Of a stretch of DNA of 64,000 nucleotides, positions 10,421-20,797 are shown piece by piece. Below the pieces are notes generated by a model. It made no database searches and was not told the origin of the DNA. It was given only the letters and a program-made list of their open reading frames with translations. Position 1 is the stretch's first letter; each line of letters begins with the position of its first letter. The position numbers and the translations under genes were made by a program. Source of the stretch: an uncultured Desulfarculus sp. (GTDB lineage: Bacteria; Desulfobacterota; Desulfarculia; Desulfarculales; Desulfarculaceae); NCBI GenBank assembly GCA_963665125.2, contig CAXXUK010000001.1:1792001-1856000 (forward strand). The letters run 5' to 3'.

Positions 10421-10875
10421 GCGCCGACAAGCCCGCCCCCAAGCTGCTGAAGGTTCAAACCAGCCGGTTCGGTGAGATAAGCGTGCCGACCGAGGAAATA
10501 CTTACCATGCCTTTGGGCATGGTTGGGTTCCCGGGTCTGCGCCGGTTTGTGCTGATCAGGCACCGCGACAACTCCCCGTTCCAGTGGCTGCAAAGCCTGG
10601 ACTCCCCCGATGTCGCCTTTGTCGTGGTCAGCCCCCTGCTGTTCGACAGGCAATACAATATCCATATCGGATCAGCGGAAATGAAGCTGCTGGAACTGGA
10701 CAACCCGGAAAATGCCCAGATTTTCGTGGTGGTCAACATCCCCCACGGTCAACCGGAAAAGATGACGGCCAACTTGAGGGCGCCGGTGGTGATAAACATT
10801 GGCAACAGACTGGCCACGCAAATCGTGATGGAAAACTCAGACTACGATATGCGCCAGCCACTGAAAAAGGAATAA
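10417..10875 (+). CDS. fliW: Flagellar assembly factor / CsrA antagonist FliW
   Basis: TSRFGEI..GMVGFP..WLQS..TANLRAPVVIN. Confidence 0.96.
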   Translation: MSADKPAPKLLKVQTSRFGEISVPTEEILTMPLGMVGFPGLRRFVLIRHRDNSPFQWLQSLDSPDVAFVVVSPLLFDRQYNIHIGSAEMKLLELDNPENAQIFVVVNIPHGQPEKMTANLRAPVVINIGNRLATQIVMENSDYDMRQPLKKE

Positions 10876-10910
10876 CCTAGCGAAAGGCAACATCTTTACA
10901 GTGTGGCAAT

Positions 10911-10943
10911 AAAAAAACGCACCGGCCCCCCGGCCGGTGCGTT
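10911..10943 (-). terminator. Intrinsic terminator between convergent fliW and flgM
   Basis: AACGCACCGGCC-CCCC-GGCCGGTGCGTT stem with an A-run on the left (U-tract on the minus strand). Confidence 0.8.
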
Positions 10944-10970
10944 CTGGTTCGGATCAGTCTTAAAGCAGCA

Positions 10971-11288
10971 TCAGACCAATTCGCCAAGGAAGTCAACGAT
11001 CATACGGTGGGCCACCTTTTCCGCGTCCACGTGATACTCGTTGTTGGCCACCTGACGCTTGAGCTCCTCCACCTTTTGACGCCGCAAATCAGACGTAGCA
11101 GTGGCAATCTCGTTTGCCTTGGCCATGTTCCGGCTGCGCTCGGAAAGGGCCACCGTGTCTTCTGCTACAGAGTTGGCTTCCGCACCAGACGCACTGATGG
11201 CCTTTGAAGCGCCCTTCTTGGTCCGGGAGGTGGTCTCCCGCGCCTCCAGCGCCTTGTCTCTTATGCCTAGTGTGTCCTTAACCTGCAT
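10971..11288 (-). CDS. flgM: Anti-sigma28 factor FlgM
   Basis: DTVALS..RRQKVEELKRQVANNEYHVDAEKVAHRM. Confidence 0.93.
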   Translation of the reverse strand: MQVKDTLGIRDKALEARETTSRTKKGASKAISASGAEANSVAEDTVALSERSRNMAKANEIATATSDLRRQKVEELKRQVANNEYHVDAEKVAHRMIVDFLGELV

Positions 11289-11304
11289 TTCAAGCCTTCC
11301 GGTT

Positions 11305-11748
11305 CTAAGAAAGCATATTCTCGTCGATTATATCCTGGGTAATCCCATACAGCCTGTCCTGAAGTTTGGCCGACTCCTCGGGCGATAGTTCCTTGACCAC
11401 TTCGCCGCTTTGCTCATCCAGAACATTGAACATTATCTGCCCTGTCTGCTCGTTCTGGTATGTACCCAAAGGCTGACCGTATTCATCGGAGAGCCGCTTC
11501 AGCGCTGTTTCCTCCACGCCGCCCCAAGACTCTTTCAAGCCGGGTAGGCGAGCACCTATGTTGGAGACGATTTCCGACGTAATCTTTTCTATCACCTGCT
11601 TCCGACGCGCTTCGATGCTCAGGTTCACCCGGTCGGACTGTGTGGGTTCCACACTGCTGGCCTTGGCGCGGGCCAGTCTTTGTCCACGGCTGAGTTGCCT
11701 GGCGTAAGTGCGCAGAATATTCTGTACTTGGTACGAGGTGATAGTCAT
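11305..11748 (-). CDS. FlgM-associated protein (DVU0524-like family)
   Basis: N-terminus YQVQNILRTYARQL..RLAR..DRVNLS.EARRKQ; co-transcribed upstream of flgM. Confidence 0.75.
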   Translation of the reverse strand: MTITSYQVQNILRTYARQLSRGQRLARAKASSVEPTQSDRVNLSIEARRKQVIEKITSEIVSNIGARLPGLKESWGGVEETALKRLSDEYGQPLGTYQNEQTGQIMFNVLDEQSGEVVKELSPEESAKLQDRLYGITQDIIDENMLS

Positions 11749-11772
11749 CGTCTATAAAACCCTCCATACATT

Positions 11773-11800
11773 TTATCGGCAGAAGGTATCTCAAACTTTA
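11773..11800 (-). promoter_or_regulatory. sigma28 (FliA) promoter of the DVU0524-like/flgM operon
   Basis: TAAAG-N15-GCCGATAA on the minus strand. Confidence 0.9.
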
Positions 11801-11960
11801 TCTTTTTTTTCATCACCGGTCAATTTATCTCCATCAGACATAAAGCTTGCGTCCAGGCAGGTCTGAAGGTATATTTTTATTGTTAACTCAGTACGTTATA
11901 TTCTATACCATACTTCTTGTTTCAACATCCACGGTATAGAAGAAAATTAGTGGGCAAACC

Positions 11961-12329
11961 ATGAGCAACGATTCGACAAAAGCGGTGACCACACGCAGTT
12001 TTACGTTGCGAACACCACTATTTTCAGTCGGTTACACGTGGCGCCAGGAAGAAGCGGACCTTACTCCGGACCAAGTATCCAGGCAAACACGGTGTGATTC
12101 AATATCCGAAGGCCCGGCAAAAGAAACCGCCTACATACCCACCGACACCGCCGGCGAGGCCAAGCGCAGGCAGCAGATCATGCGTCTTTTCGATCCCCAG
12201 ACGCCGAGTCAGGATGCCCATTCCGCATCGGGGCGTCAAAAATCCGCCGTTCAGGTCAGCCCGCGCCAAGCCTGCGATTGTTATCAACAGACCACGGACA
12301 ATTACCGGGACCGCTTTCACCGCAGCTGA
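11961..12329 (+). CDS. Hypothetical protein
   Basis: 122 aa ATG ORF filling the gap, with a possible sigma70-like TTGCGT-N17-TATATT at 11847-11875; no recognised motif. Confidence 0.45.
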   Translation: MSNDSTKAVTTRSFTLRTPLFSVGYTWRQEEADLTPDQVSRQTRCDSISEGPAKETAYIPTDTAGEAKRRQQIMRLFDPQTPSQDAHSASGRQKSAVQVSPRQACDCYQQTTDNYRDRFHRS

Positions 12330-12393
12330 TCGAAACATTCCCGGCATGCGGGAAATAATTGCCACGTTTTTCACGCACATAGAAACACCCAGC

Positions 12394-12406
12394 CAACAAA
12401 TTGATT
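12394..12406 (-). promoter_or_regulatory. Putative IHF site
   Basis: AATCAATTTGTTG on the minus strand matches WATCAANNNNTTR, about 40 bp upstream of a sigma54 promoter. Confidence 0.6.
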
Positions 12407-12442
12407 TTGCAAGATAATTAGCCCTACCAGATGCGCCAGCCA

Positions 12443-12458
12443 TGGCACGATGATTGCT
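12443..12458 (+). promoter_or_regulatory. sigma54 promoter of the glycosyltransferase/Maf operon
   Basis: TGGCACGATGATTGCT, near-consensus. Confidence 0.9.
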
Positions 12459-12500
12459 TATTAGTAAGCAAAGTGTGTTCTCTATGGGAGACGATCGGTT

Positions 12501-14060
12501 TTGCGAATTCTATTATTGGGCAGTTTCGACTTTGCGGGCCATATCGACGCGCTGGGCCACGACGTGTTTACCTGCGGCCCGGACTCCACTTCGGACCTGT
12601 GCCTGATGGATCAGGATCCAGACTGGCGGACAATTGCAAAAGAGGCCCAAAAGCAAGGCTTGAATTTCGACGCTGTCGTGGTCTGCGATAATGTCGGCCG
12701 GCGCTGTCTGCCAACGGGCATGGCCGATTGCCCTGCCGTTACGGCATTCTATGGAATCGACGCTCCCTTGAACGAATTTTGGCAAAAGCCCTACTCCCGT
12801 TTGTTTGATGTCGCCCTTTTTGATCAGCCCGAACAGTCAGACGCCCTTTTTGAAATCCACCGCAATGTCCACTGGCTGCCCCTGGGCGTCGATCCGGAGA
12901 AGTATACCGGACCCGCGCCCCAAACCTTCAAGCCCGGTGTTGCCTTTGTCGGGGTGGTCAACCCGGCCGTGCGGCCCAAGCGCTCGGCCCTCTTGGATCG
13001 CATCAGCCGCATCGCTACCCTGGAGATCCGGGGCGGGCGCCAGGGCCAGTGGTTTTCCACCAAAGACGCGGCGGCCATGTACCGCGCCTATCAGGTCGTA
13101 CTGAACGAAAATCTTTTCCCCGGTTTCACCACAAGGCCCCTTGAGGTCATGGCCGCGGGCGGGTTTTTGCTCAGCGAAGGCGCTCCTCCGGCAATGACGC
13201 GGCATTTCAAAGAGTTTGAGCATTTACTTTATTTCAATCCTGACAATCTTGAGCAGCGGCTCGAGTTGGCCCTTTCCGATTCGGCCTTGCGGGCCGCCCT
13301 GATCCAAAGCGGCAAACAGGCCGTTATTGAAAACCACACCCTGGCCCATCGGGCGGCGGAAATTGCCGGGCTCCTTGAAGCCGCCCTGAACATGCCGCGC
13401 CAAAGGCCGAACGCCGCCCTGGCCCTGCGCCTGGAGGGCGAAGCCATGATGTGGGCGGCCTTGCGCTGGCCCGGCAAGGGCGGTAAACGCCGTCTGCTGC
13501 GGGCCGCCGGACGCCTCCGCCAGGCAGCGGACATTGATCATGATACGCCTGATTCATTGGCAAACAGCGCAATGGCCCTTGCCGCCCTGGGCAGGAACGC
13601 CCAGTCTTTGCCGTTGCTTTTAAGGGCTGCCGAAAGCGGTGGACAGAGGCTGTCGCTGCAACTGGCCATCACCGCCGCGTCGCTGGGCCGGGGCGATGTC
13701 CTCCGGCAAGTGGCGGCCCAATGGCAAAACGGGTTGTCCGGCCTGTCCAAAGGCCCCGGTCGAGCCGAGTTTCATCTGGCGGCGGCCAAGCTATTGTTGA
13801 ACGAAGGCGCCGACCTGACGCCGGGGTTCAACCGCACTGCCCTACCTCAACAAGCCTGGAACGCATTCGAGCATTTGATCGAAGCCGCAAAACTGGACGG
13901 CAGCCTGACCCGGGCCTTTGAAATGGCCGGCGGCATCCTGCTCAGGCGCGGGGCTCCCAACGAGGCCCACGTCATGTTTGCCAGGGCCTGCGCTCTGGAG
14001 GCCTCCGACAGGCTCCAGGAAAAACTGCGGCGGGCCGCCAAGGAGGGCTACCTGTGCTGA
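12501..14060 (+). CDS. Glycosyltransferase (CgeB/Glyco_trans_1_2-like) with a helical TPR-like C-terminus
   Basis: WLPLGVDP, VAFVG, VLNE..TTRPLEVMAAGGFLL, HTLAHRA; TTG start after GGGAG. Confidence 0.8.
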   Translation: MRILLLGSFDFAGHIDALGHDVFTCGPDSTSDLCLMDQDPDWRTIAKEAQKQGLNFDAVVVCDNVGRRCLPTGMADCPAVTAFYGIDAPLNEFWQKPYSRLFDVALFDQPEQSDALFEIHRNVHWLPLGVDPEKYTGPAPQTFKPGVAFVGVVNPAVRPKRSALLDRISRIATLEIRGGRQGQWFSTKDAAAMYRAYQVVLNENLFPGFTTRPLEVMAAGGFLLSEGAPPAMTRHFKEFEHLLYFNPDNLEQRLELALSDSALRAALIQSGKQAVIENHTLAHRAAEIAGLLEAALNMPRQRPNAALALRLEGEAMMWAALRWPGKGGKRRLLRAAGRLRQAADIDHDTPDSLANSAMALAALGRNAQSLPLLLRAAESGGQRLSLQLAITAASLGRGDVLRQVAAQWQNGLSGLSKGPGRAEFHLAAAKLLLNEGADLTPGFNRTALPQQAWNAFEHLIEAAKLDGSLTRAFEMAGGILLRRGAPNEAHVMFARACALEASDRLQEKLRRAAKEGYLC

Positions 14061-15550
14061 GCCCTACTCGCCATAACCCTGGCCGTGACCTCGACGCAGG
14101 TCTGGAAAGCGCCATGCGCCAGGCCAGAAACGATGTGGGACGCCTGTTGGCTCAAGCCAAACCGGATGACATGATCATTGTGCTGGGGCTGGGTTCGGGC
14201 TGCCATGTCAAGGCCATCCTGGAACACGGGGCGGGAGTGCGGCTCACGGTCTTTGATCCAAATCAAGGCCGGCGCAGCATTGCGCCTCAGTTGGCCGACG
14301 AACTGGCGACGCTGGTTATCTGCCGCGATTTCAACCAGCTTACCGAGGAGCTTGCCGCCCAAACGGTATATGGCCCAGGCGGCCGGGTGGCGGTTTTTCC
14401 CACGCCGGGCCATGAGCAAACCATGCCCGGCCAGTTGCAGGCCGTTCGCAAACTGGTTGGCGAAGTCATGGGCCGGGCCAGGGTCGATTCCCGCACCAGG
14501 CTGCAAAAAAACGATTTATGGGCCAGCTATGTGGCTGAAAACACGGGCGCCGTCATGGCCGGCCCGGAGGTTTCCGCCTGGCGGGGCATCTTGGCCGGAG
14601 TCCCCGCCCTGATCATCGGCGCGGGTCCGTCTCTGACCGAGAGCCTGCCGCAGATTAGCACCTGCCAAGACCGGATGCTGCTGATGGGCGCGGCCTCGAT
14701 CCTGGGCCCCCTGGACAAGGCCCGGCTAACGCCGCATTGCGTCACGGCCCTGGAGGCCAAGGACGAATCACGCCAGTTCGTGGGCCAGGAAAGGAAAAAG
14801 GTCCTGCTGGCAGCGGCTTCCAATTCCCATCCAAACCATTTCCGGCTCTGGCCAGGACTTACCGGACACTTTCATCTTCTGCCCTGGGTGGCCCAGGCCT
14901 TTGGCGGCACGGCCCTGCCCAACGGCGGCCACGCCACCAGCGCCGCGTTCACCCTGGCCCTGCTGTGGGGATGCGATCCCATCATCCTTGTGGGCCAGGA
15001 TTTGGCCTACACCGGCGGCATGGTCCACGCCGCTGGCCGGGTGGGCGGCGAGGACGATGGAGTGCGCCAACAGGTGGCAGTTCCGGCAATCGGCGGCGGC
15101 ACGGTGATGACCTCGTCGGTGTTCCACAGCTACCTCAGCTGGTATCAGGAATCCATGGGCTACCTGGCACGGTCGGGCAATGGCACACGGGTCATCAATT
15201 GCACCACCAAGGGCGCGCTGATACCGGGAATGGTCCATATGCCCCTTGAGCAGGCCATAAATCAATGCCCGGACGTAACCATTTCCCATGATGATGTGAA
15301 TACCATATATAGGCGCTCCCCCAAACCAAGGCGCAAGGCCGTGATCAAGGGCCTCGCGGCGGCATCCGAACAAGTCGCTCGGGCCATAAAGGCCGGACCA
15401 ACGGCTGCCGTGCGAAGTGCGCGGCCGGGTTCGGCGGTGGCCTATGCCGCCGAAGGCCTGGCTCACACAGACCTGGCGGACCTGTTGCCCGGCAAACTGG
15501 AGCATTTACTTGAATTTATCAAAAAGGCCGAAGGAGCGCTGAATGACTGA
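14054..15550 (+). CDS. Motility-associated factor (Maf, DUF115/MptE-like) flagellin glycosylation protein
   Basis: VLGLGSG N-domain; LIIGAGPSL; WGCDPIILVGQDLAY; VINCTTKGALIPG. Confidence 0.85.
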   Translation: MLSPTRHNPGRDLDAGLESAMRQARNDVGRLLAQAKPDDMIIVLGLGSGCHVKAILEHGAGVRLTVFDPNQGRRSIAPQLADELATLVICRDFNQLTEELAAQTVYGPGGRVAVFPTPGHEQTMPGQLQAVRKLVGEVMGRARVDSRTRLQKNDLWASYVAENTGAVMAGPEVSAWRGILAGVPALIIGAGPSLTESLPQISTCQDRMLLMGAASILGPLDKARLTPHCVTALEAKDESRQFVGQERKKVLLAAASNSHPNHFRLWPGLTGHFHLLPWVAQAFGGTALPNGGHATSAAFTLALLWGCDPIILVGQDLAYTGGMVHAAGRVGGEDDGVRQQVAVPAIGGGTVMTSSVFHSYLSWYQESMGYLARSGNGTRVINCTTKGALIPGMVHMPLEQAINQCPDVTISHDDVNTIYRRSPKPRRKAVIKGLAAASEQVARAIKAGPTAAVRSARPGSAVAYAAEGLAHTDLADLLPGKLEHLLEFIKKAEGALND

Positions 15551-16724
15551 GCCTACCCTGGGCCTGATCATGATCATCAAAGACGAGGCGGCAAACCTGC
15601 CCCGGTCCCTGCTGCCCGTGGCGCGGTGCTTTGATGAAATCGTGGTGGTCGACAGCGGCTCCACCGACGAATCGCGGCAAATCTGCCGCGACGCCGGGGC
15701 CAGGGTGTATGACTTTACCTGGTGCGACGACTTCGCCGCCGCACGCAACCATTCCATAGCCCAGGCCAACGCCGACTGGCTCCTCTGGCTCGACGGCGAC
15801 AACGCCACCGAGCCCCGCATGATCGACAATCTACGGCGCACCCTGCCCCGCACCGGTCCGGGGGTGATCTGGGGCCTGGAGCAGGTGATCCCCTCCGGTG
15901 AAAAACTCTGGCAAAAGCGCTGTTTTGCCCGACGACCGGACGTGCGTTTCCAGGGACGGGTGCACGAGCAGTTGATCCACCCGCCGGATTGGCCCCTGTT
16001 GACCAGCGCCATGATAATCCGCCATTGGGGTTATGACGATCCCACGACCGTGCGGCGCAAGGGCCAGTATTACGCCGGGCTGCTGCAAAAAAACCTGGCC
16101 GAGGACCCGGACGATTTTTACAGCCATTTCCAGATCGCCCGTTGTTACCACAACCTGCGCCGCACGGAGTTGGCCGAACGGCACCTCATGGCGCTGGTGG
16201 GCAACGAGCAGGCACCCCGGCTGAATTTCGGCCTGTGGGTCAGCGGACACATGATGCTGGCCAGACTATTAGAACTAGGCGGCCGGGCTAATGAAGCCCT
16301 GGCCCTGCTGGACGGCTTTTTATCGGCCCATGGCCCGTCGAGCCTGATCCTCTACCAAAAGGGACGGCTCTTGTACGGCGCCGGCCTCTGGGCCCAGGCG
16401 GCCAAGGCCCTTGGCGAGGCCATCGATCTGGGGCTGAACGCGCCTTTCATAGACAACGATCCGGACAAGACCACCGGCCTTGCCCATTTTTATCTAGGCC
16501 GCTGCCTGGCCAAACTGGATCAGATCGATTCCGCGGCCCGGCACCTGCAAAAGGCCGCGGCCCTTGACCCGGCCAACCAGGCCGCGCCTTTGGAACTGGC
16601 CCGGCTGCTCATGGACACGGGCCACCGTGGCGACGCCACCCGCGTCTTGAACCATATCCTGGCCCGGCGGCCGGGAGACCGCAGCGCCCTGCGGCTGCTG
16701 AAACAATGCGGAGTTGCCGCATGA
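15543..16724 (+). CDS. GT2 glycosyltransferase with TPR repeats
   Basis: MIIKDEAANL..DEIVVVDSGSTD..DDFAAARN..WLDGD..GRVHEQ..HWGY, followed by TPR-like helices. Confidence 0.9.
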   Translation: MTEPTLGLIMIIKDEAANLPRSLLPVARCFDEIVVVDSGSTDESRQICRDAGARVYDFTWCDDFAAARNHSIAQANADWLLWLDGDNATEPRMIDNLRRTLPRTGPGVIWGLEQVIPSGEKLWQKRCFARRPDVRFQGRVHEQLIHPPDWPLLTSAMIIRHWGYDDPTTVRRKGQYYAGLLQKNLAEDPDDFYSHFQIARCYHNLRRTELAERHLMALVGNEQAPRLNFGLWVSGHMMLARLLELGGRANEALALLDGFLSAHGPSSLILYQKGRLLYGAGLWAQAAKALGEAIDLGLNAPFIDNDPDKTTGLAHFYLGRCLAKLDQIDSAARHLQKAAALDPANQAAPLELARLLMDTGHRGDATRVLNHILARRPGDRSALRLLKQCGVAA

Positions 16725-18496
16725 CTAGAAATCTGCGCTTGGCAATATTGACCGACGGAGAACCCTTCCACGGGGCATCGCCCGAAGAACGCGCCCTTGG
16801 CGGCTCGGAAACGGCCCTCGTTCAGGCCGCCAGGGCCCTGGCAGACAGGGGCCACCGCGTGGAGGTCTACTGCCGCTGCCCGGCTCCGGGCTGGTACAAG
16901 GGCGTCGTCTACCACGACACCTCCGAATTGGTGCGGGCCGCCCTGGAAAAACGCTGGGACGTGCTGATCGTCAGCCGTTTTTTCAGCGCCTTTGACCTGC
17001 CCCTGCAAGCCGGACTCAAGGTCTTGTGGAATCACGATATCCTGGATATGCCGGAGGAGTTGGCCAAGCGTCTGGGCCAGATCGACATGATGCTCATGCT
17101 CAGCCGGTTCCATTCCAAGGATTACCTGGACAAGCTGCCCCAATGCGCGGCCAAGATTCGCTATACGGTCAACGGACTGGATCTGGATCTGATGGACATG
17201 GCCAGCGCGGGTGCGTCCATAGAACCGGGCAAGCTGACCTATGTCTCGCGGCCGGAACGGGGGCTGAAGCTACTCCTGGGCGAAATCTGGCCTGAGCTAA
17301 AAAAACGCCACCCCCAGCTTCGTCTGGACATCTGCGGGTATGAAGTCAGGGCCGCGGACATAGCTCCTTCCCTGCAACGGCTTTACGGCGAGATACAGCG
17401 GATGATCGCCGACGGCCAGGACGTGCGTTCTTTGGGCCCGCTGCCCAAGGAAAAGTATTACGCCCACCTGGCGTCTTGCGAGTTTCTCCTTTATCCGTGC
17501 GTATTCCCGGAGATTTCCTGTATCGCCGCCCTGGAGGCCCAGGCTCTGGGCACGCCTGTGATCACCAGCGATTCATTCGCTCTGAGCCAAACCGTGCGGG
17601 CCGAGGAGTTCCTGGTTCAGGGCAAACCGGGCTCGCCTGGCTATGTGCGCGACTACATCGACAGGGTCAGTCACTTTATCATCAACCCCCAAGAAGCGGC
17701 CAAGGTGGCGGCCCAGGTCAGGCGTATGGTCCGCGAGGAACATCAATGGAGCAGCATCGCTCGGCGATGGGAGGAGTTGTTTATCGACGCCCTGTCCGAC
17801 CGCTGCCGCGACGCACCCGAAGCAGTGGCGGCAAGCCTGGTCATCAACGGCGACCGCCAGGCCGCGGCCAGCCTGCTGGGCCGGCAACCGGCCCGCTTGA
17901 ACGAGCCTTCGCCGCCGCCCGATCCAAGGGAAGAGGCCCTGCTTCAGACCATGCGTCAAATGATTATGGCCATTGATTTGCCCATTGAACGCATCGGTGT
18001 CGCGGCCCTGGATAACGGCCGCACGGCCAAGGAATTGCAAGCCATCCTCCCGAACCACAGTGTCAGCGCCATGGATCTTGCCCATTGGCGGGACAAAATG
18101 GATCTGGTGGTGATCAGGGACATCCTGGAACGCCAGCCCGAGCCGGCGGAGTTTTTGGCCAAAATCATGCACAGTTGCTCCGGCAACGGCCGCCTGTTGC
18201 TGTGCGTGGCCAGCGGGGCCTGGCCCCTACTCAGCGCGGGCCATGCCGGGCGGCTCCACGACTTGGACGGCGAAGACCTGAGCGAACTGCTGGCCAACCT
18301 TTCCTTTGAGCTGCGCCATGTGCCCCAGGGCCTGGTGCGCCTGGGCGACATGGCCTACAGCGCCGGACGTTGGCTGGCCATGGTCCGGGCGGGCAGGATT
18401 TCCGCGGCCAAGACCGATCCCAACACCAGATACTTCAGGGTGCGCCCCGCCCCTCCGGAGGTTGAACAGGAGATCCGCAGTGCCCGCCTATTGTGA
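16721..18496 (+). CDS. GT4-type glycosyltransferase with an additional C-terminal domain
   Basis: GGSETA, WNHD, SRPERGL, YPCVFPEISCIAALEAQALG; ATGA overlap with the upstream gene. Confidence 0.85.
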   Translation: MTRNLRLAILTDGEPFHGASPEERALGGSETALVQAARALADRGHRVEVYCRCPAPGWYKGVVYHDTSELVRAALEKRWDVLIVSRFFSAFDLPLQAGLKVLWNHDILDMPEELAKRLGQIDMMLMLSRFHSKDYLDKLPQCAAKIRYTVNGLDLDLMDMASAGASIEPGKLTYVSRPERGLKLLLGEIWPELKKRHPQLRLDICGYEVRAADIAPSLQRLYGEIQRMIADGQDVRSLGPLPKEKYYAHLASCEFLLYPCVFPEISCIAALEAQALGTPVITSDSFALSQTVRAEEFLVQGKPGSPGYVRDYIDRVSHFIINPQEAAKVAAQVRRMVREEHQWSSIARRWEELFIDALSDRCRDAPEAVAASLVINGDRQAAASLLGRQPARLNEPSPPPDPREEALLQTMRQMIMAIDLPIERIGVAALDNGRTAKELQAILPNHSVSAMDLAHWRDKMDLVVIRDILERQPEPAEFLAKIMHSCSGNGRLLLCVASGAWPLLSAGHAGRLHDLDGEDLSELLANLSFELRHVPQGLVRLGDMAYSAGRWLAMVRAGRISAAKTDPNTRYFRVRPAPPEVEQEIRSARLL

Positions 18497-20048
18497 TAAT
18501 GCACCCCAGGCGTACACGGCGCCCCGGGAACAGGTGCTGGCCATGCAGATGGCGCGGCTGGGTGATTTTCTGCAAAGCACCAAGCTGTTGGCCGTACTGC
18601 GGGCCAAGCATCCCGGCGCGGAAATCAACGTCATGGTCACTCCGGCCCAGGCTCCTCTGGCCCGGCGTTGCCGGTTCGCCGACAAGGTCGTGCTGGTCAA
18701 ACCCGCTGAGATCAGCGCCATCAGTGGCGTAACGGCCATGGACCGCTCCGAAAAAGAGCGGCTCGTGGACGGGCTCAACGGCAGACTGGCCCCTCTGCGG
18801 CCCGGCCACATCTACAACTTGAACATGAGCACCATCAACACCACCATCGCCGCTGCCTGGTCCGGGGCCGAGATCCACGGTTGGCGCATGAGTGCCGACG
18901 GCCAAGGCCTGTACGGGCCCCAGTGGTTCGGGTTCATGATGAGCATGGTGGCCGACCGCCGGCTGACCAGGACCCATCTGACCGACCTTCTGGCCTGCAT
19001 AGCCGACGCCCCGCCCATCGAGTTCAACAGGCTGCAATACCAAAACGGACCGCGCGCTGCGGCCAGGGCGGCGGCGCTGATCACTGAAGGCCTCGGCACG
19101 CTGGTGGGCCTGCAACTGGGCACCAACTGCGACCTAAGGCGCTGGCCCGTCGCCTCTTTCGCCAGCCTGGCCCAGGGGCTTGTCCGGGCAGGGTACACCC
19201 CCGTTTTAGTGGGGGCCCCTTCGGAGCAGCACCTTGGCTTGCGCCTGCTGGAGGCCATGAACACAGATTCCGGTAAGGTGCTCAATTTGATGGGCAAGAC
19301 CGACCTGCCGGCCCTGGCCTCCGTTCTGGGCCGCTGCGGGCTGGTGGTGTCCGGGGATACGGGCACCCTGCATCTGGCCACGGCGGTGGGCGCCAAGACC
19401 CTGTCGTTGTTCATGGGCCCGGCCCAGGTCCACGAAACCGGGCCCTACGGAGAAGGGCATCTGATCATCCAGGCCAGGGATAAATGCGGTCCTTGCCAGG
19501 AGCAGACGGCCCAGTGCCAAGGCCGGGCGCCATGCCGCGGGCTGATCAGGCCGGAAGCGGCCCTTAAGGCGGCCCTGGCCCTGTTGCAGGGGGCCGGAGC
19601 GCGGCAGGCAGCCGCGGAATTGGCATTGCCACCGGGAGTGTTGCTCCTGGAGGGCAAGATCGACGCCTACGGCCAAAGATACAAGGTGCTCACCCCCCAG
19701 CCGCTGAGCACCACCGAGGCCGCAGCCCTGGCCTTGCGCGAGGCCGGGCGGGTGCTGACCCAAAACGGTTATGAATACGACGACGCCGGGCTGGCCGATG
19801 AACTGGCCGATGAGCATCTGCCGGCCGATGAGGCAACGAAGACGCAAGTGGGGCATTTGGCCCGGCAGGCCGCCGCTATGGCCCGGGCCGCCGAGGACAA
19901 TGACCCAGCCGCCGCGGCTAAGGCGGCCGGGCTCGCGCCGGAGTTGCGGCCCCTGGCCCTGACCAATAAATACAATCCGGCCAGGCTGGCCAAGGCCTGC
20001 CGCACCGCCGTATCGGTGTTGCATGCGGCGGCCGGTTGCGGACCCTGA
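18480..20048 (+). CDS. GT9 (heptosyltransferase-like) glycosyltransferase
   Basis: QMARLGDFLQS, RRWP, GKTDL, VSGDTGTLHLA..GP..ETGPYG; in-frame GTG at 18480 after GGAG. Confidence 0.88.
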   Translation: MPAYCDNAPQAYTAPREQVLAMQMARLGDFLQSTKLLAVLRAKHPGAEINVMVTPAQAPLARRCRFADKVVLVKPAEISAISGVTAMDRSEKERLVDGLNGRLAPLRPGHIYNLNMSTINTTIAAAWSGAEIHGWRMSADGQGLYGPQWFGFMMSMVADRRLTRTHLTDLLACIADAPPIEFNRLQYQNGPRAAARAAALITEGLGTLVGLQLGTNCDLRRWPVASFASLAQGLVRAGYTPVLVGAPSEQHLGLRLLEAMNTDSGKVLNLMGKTDLPALASVLGRCGLVVSGDTGTLHLATAVGAKTLSLFMGPAQVHETGPYGEGHLIIQARDKCGPCQEQTAQCQGRAPCRGLIRPEAALKAALALLQGAGARQAAAELALPPGVLLLEGKIDAYGQRYKVLTPQPLSTTEAAALALREAGRVLTQNGYEYDDAGLADELADEHLPADEATKTQVGHLARQAAAMARAAEDNDPAAAAKAAGLAPELRPLALTNKYNPARLAKACRTAVSVLHAAAGCGP

Positions 20049-20165
20049 AAACATTAGCAAGGATTGGGCGTTATGGTTTATCATGCGCCAGAGAGTACCT
20101 TGGCGCAGATTACCGGTGATGCACCAGTTACCGGCAACGCCGTGACGCAAAAAAGGGAGGGGCAC

Positions 20166-20780
20166 ATGGAAGTGTTGGTGGACGGCAAGGCCCTGAGTGG
20201 CGAGTTCATTGGTGAAAATCTGTTGGAACTGCTCCAGGTGATCAGTGACACCTACTTGGGTGACGACCTGGCCATCCGGGAATTGTTGATAAACGGCGAC
20301 CCGTATGAAGAGAACGTGCACGGCGCACCGGAAAACGTCACACTTGGAGGCATCCGGCGCCTTGAGATAGAGACCATCAGCTCCAGGGAATTGGCCCTGG
20401 GCTTTTTGGAAAGCTATCAGCCGGTCCTGGACACCCTGGCCCAGGCCACGGAAAAAGTGGCCGAGCTGTTTCGCGTTGGCGACGAGCAGCAAGCCAATGA
20501 AGAATACCTGCAATTTCTGGAAGCCTTGGAGTTGTTGCTGGAAAGCATGCAGCGGGTCAGCAACGCCCTTAATCTGGACATGGCCAACGTGACCCATCAA
20601 GACGTAAGCGCCAGGGACCGACTGGACCGACTGTCCGAACTGACCGGCGAGATGCTGGCGGCCCAGGAAGAAGACGACTGGATTCTCCTGGCCGACCTTC
20701 TGCAATATGACCTCAAACCCGAATTCGAGGCGTGGTCGCAGTTGATGGATCAAATGCGCAGAATGACCATGGCCAGTTGA
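20166..20780 (+). CDS. Conserved hypothetical protein of flagellar glycosylation loci
   Basis: Acidic helical protein ending AQEEDDWILLADLLQYDL; strong GGAGG before ATG 20166. Confidence 0.75.
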   Translation: MEVLVDGKALSGEFIGENLLELLQVISDTYLGDDLAIRELLINGDPYEENVHGAPENVTLGGIRRLEIETISSRELALGFLESYQPVLDTLAQATEKVAELFRVGDEQQANEEYLQFLEALELLLESMQRVSNALNLDMANVTHQDVSARDRLDRLSELTGEMLAAQEEDDWILLADLLQYDLKPEFEAWSQLMDQMRRMTMAS

Positions 20781-20797
20781 TTCGGCCTTTTTGGTCA

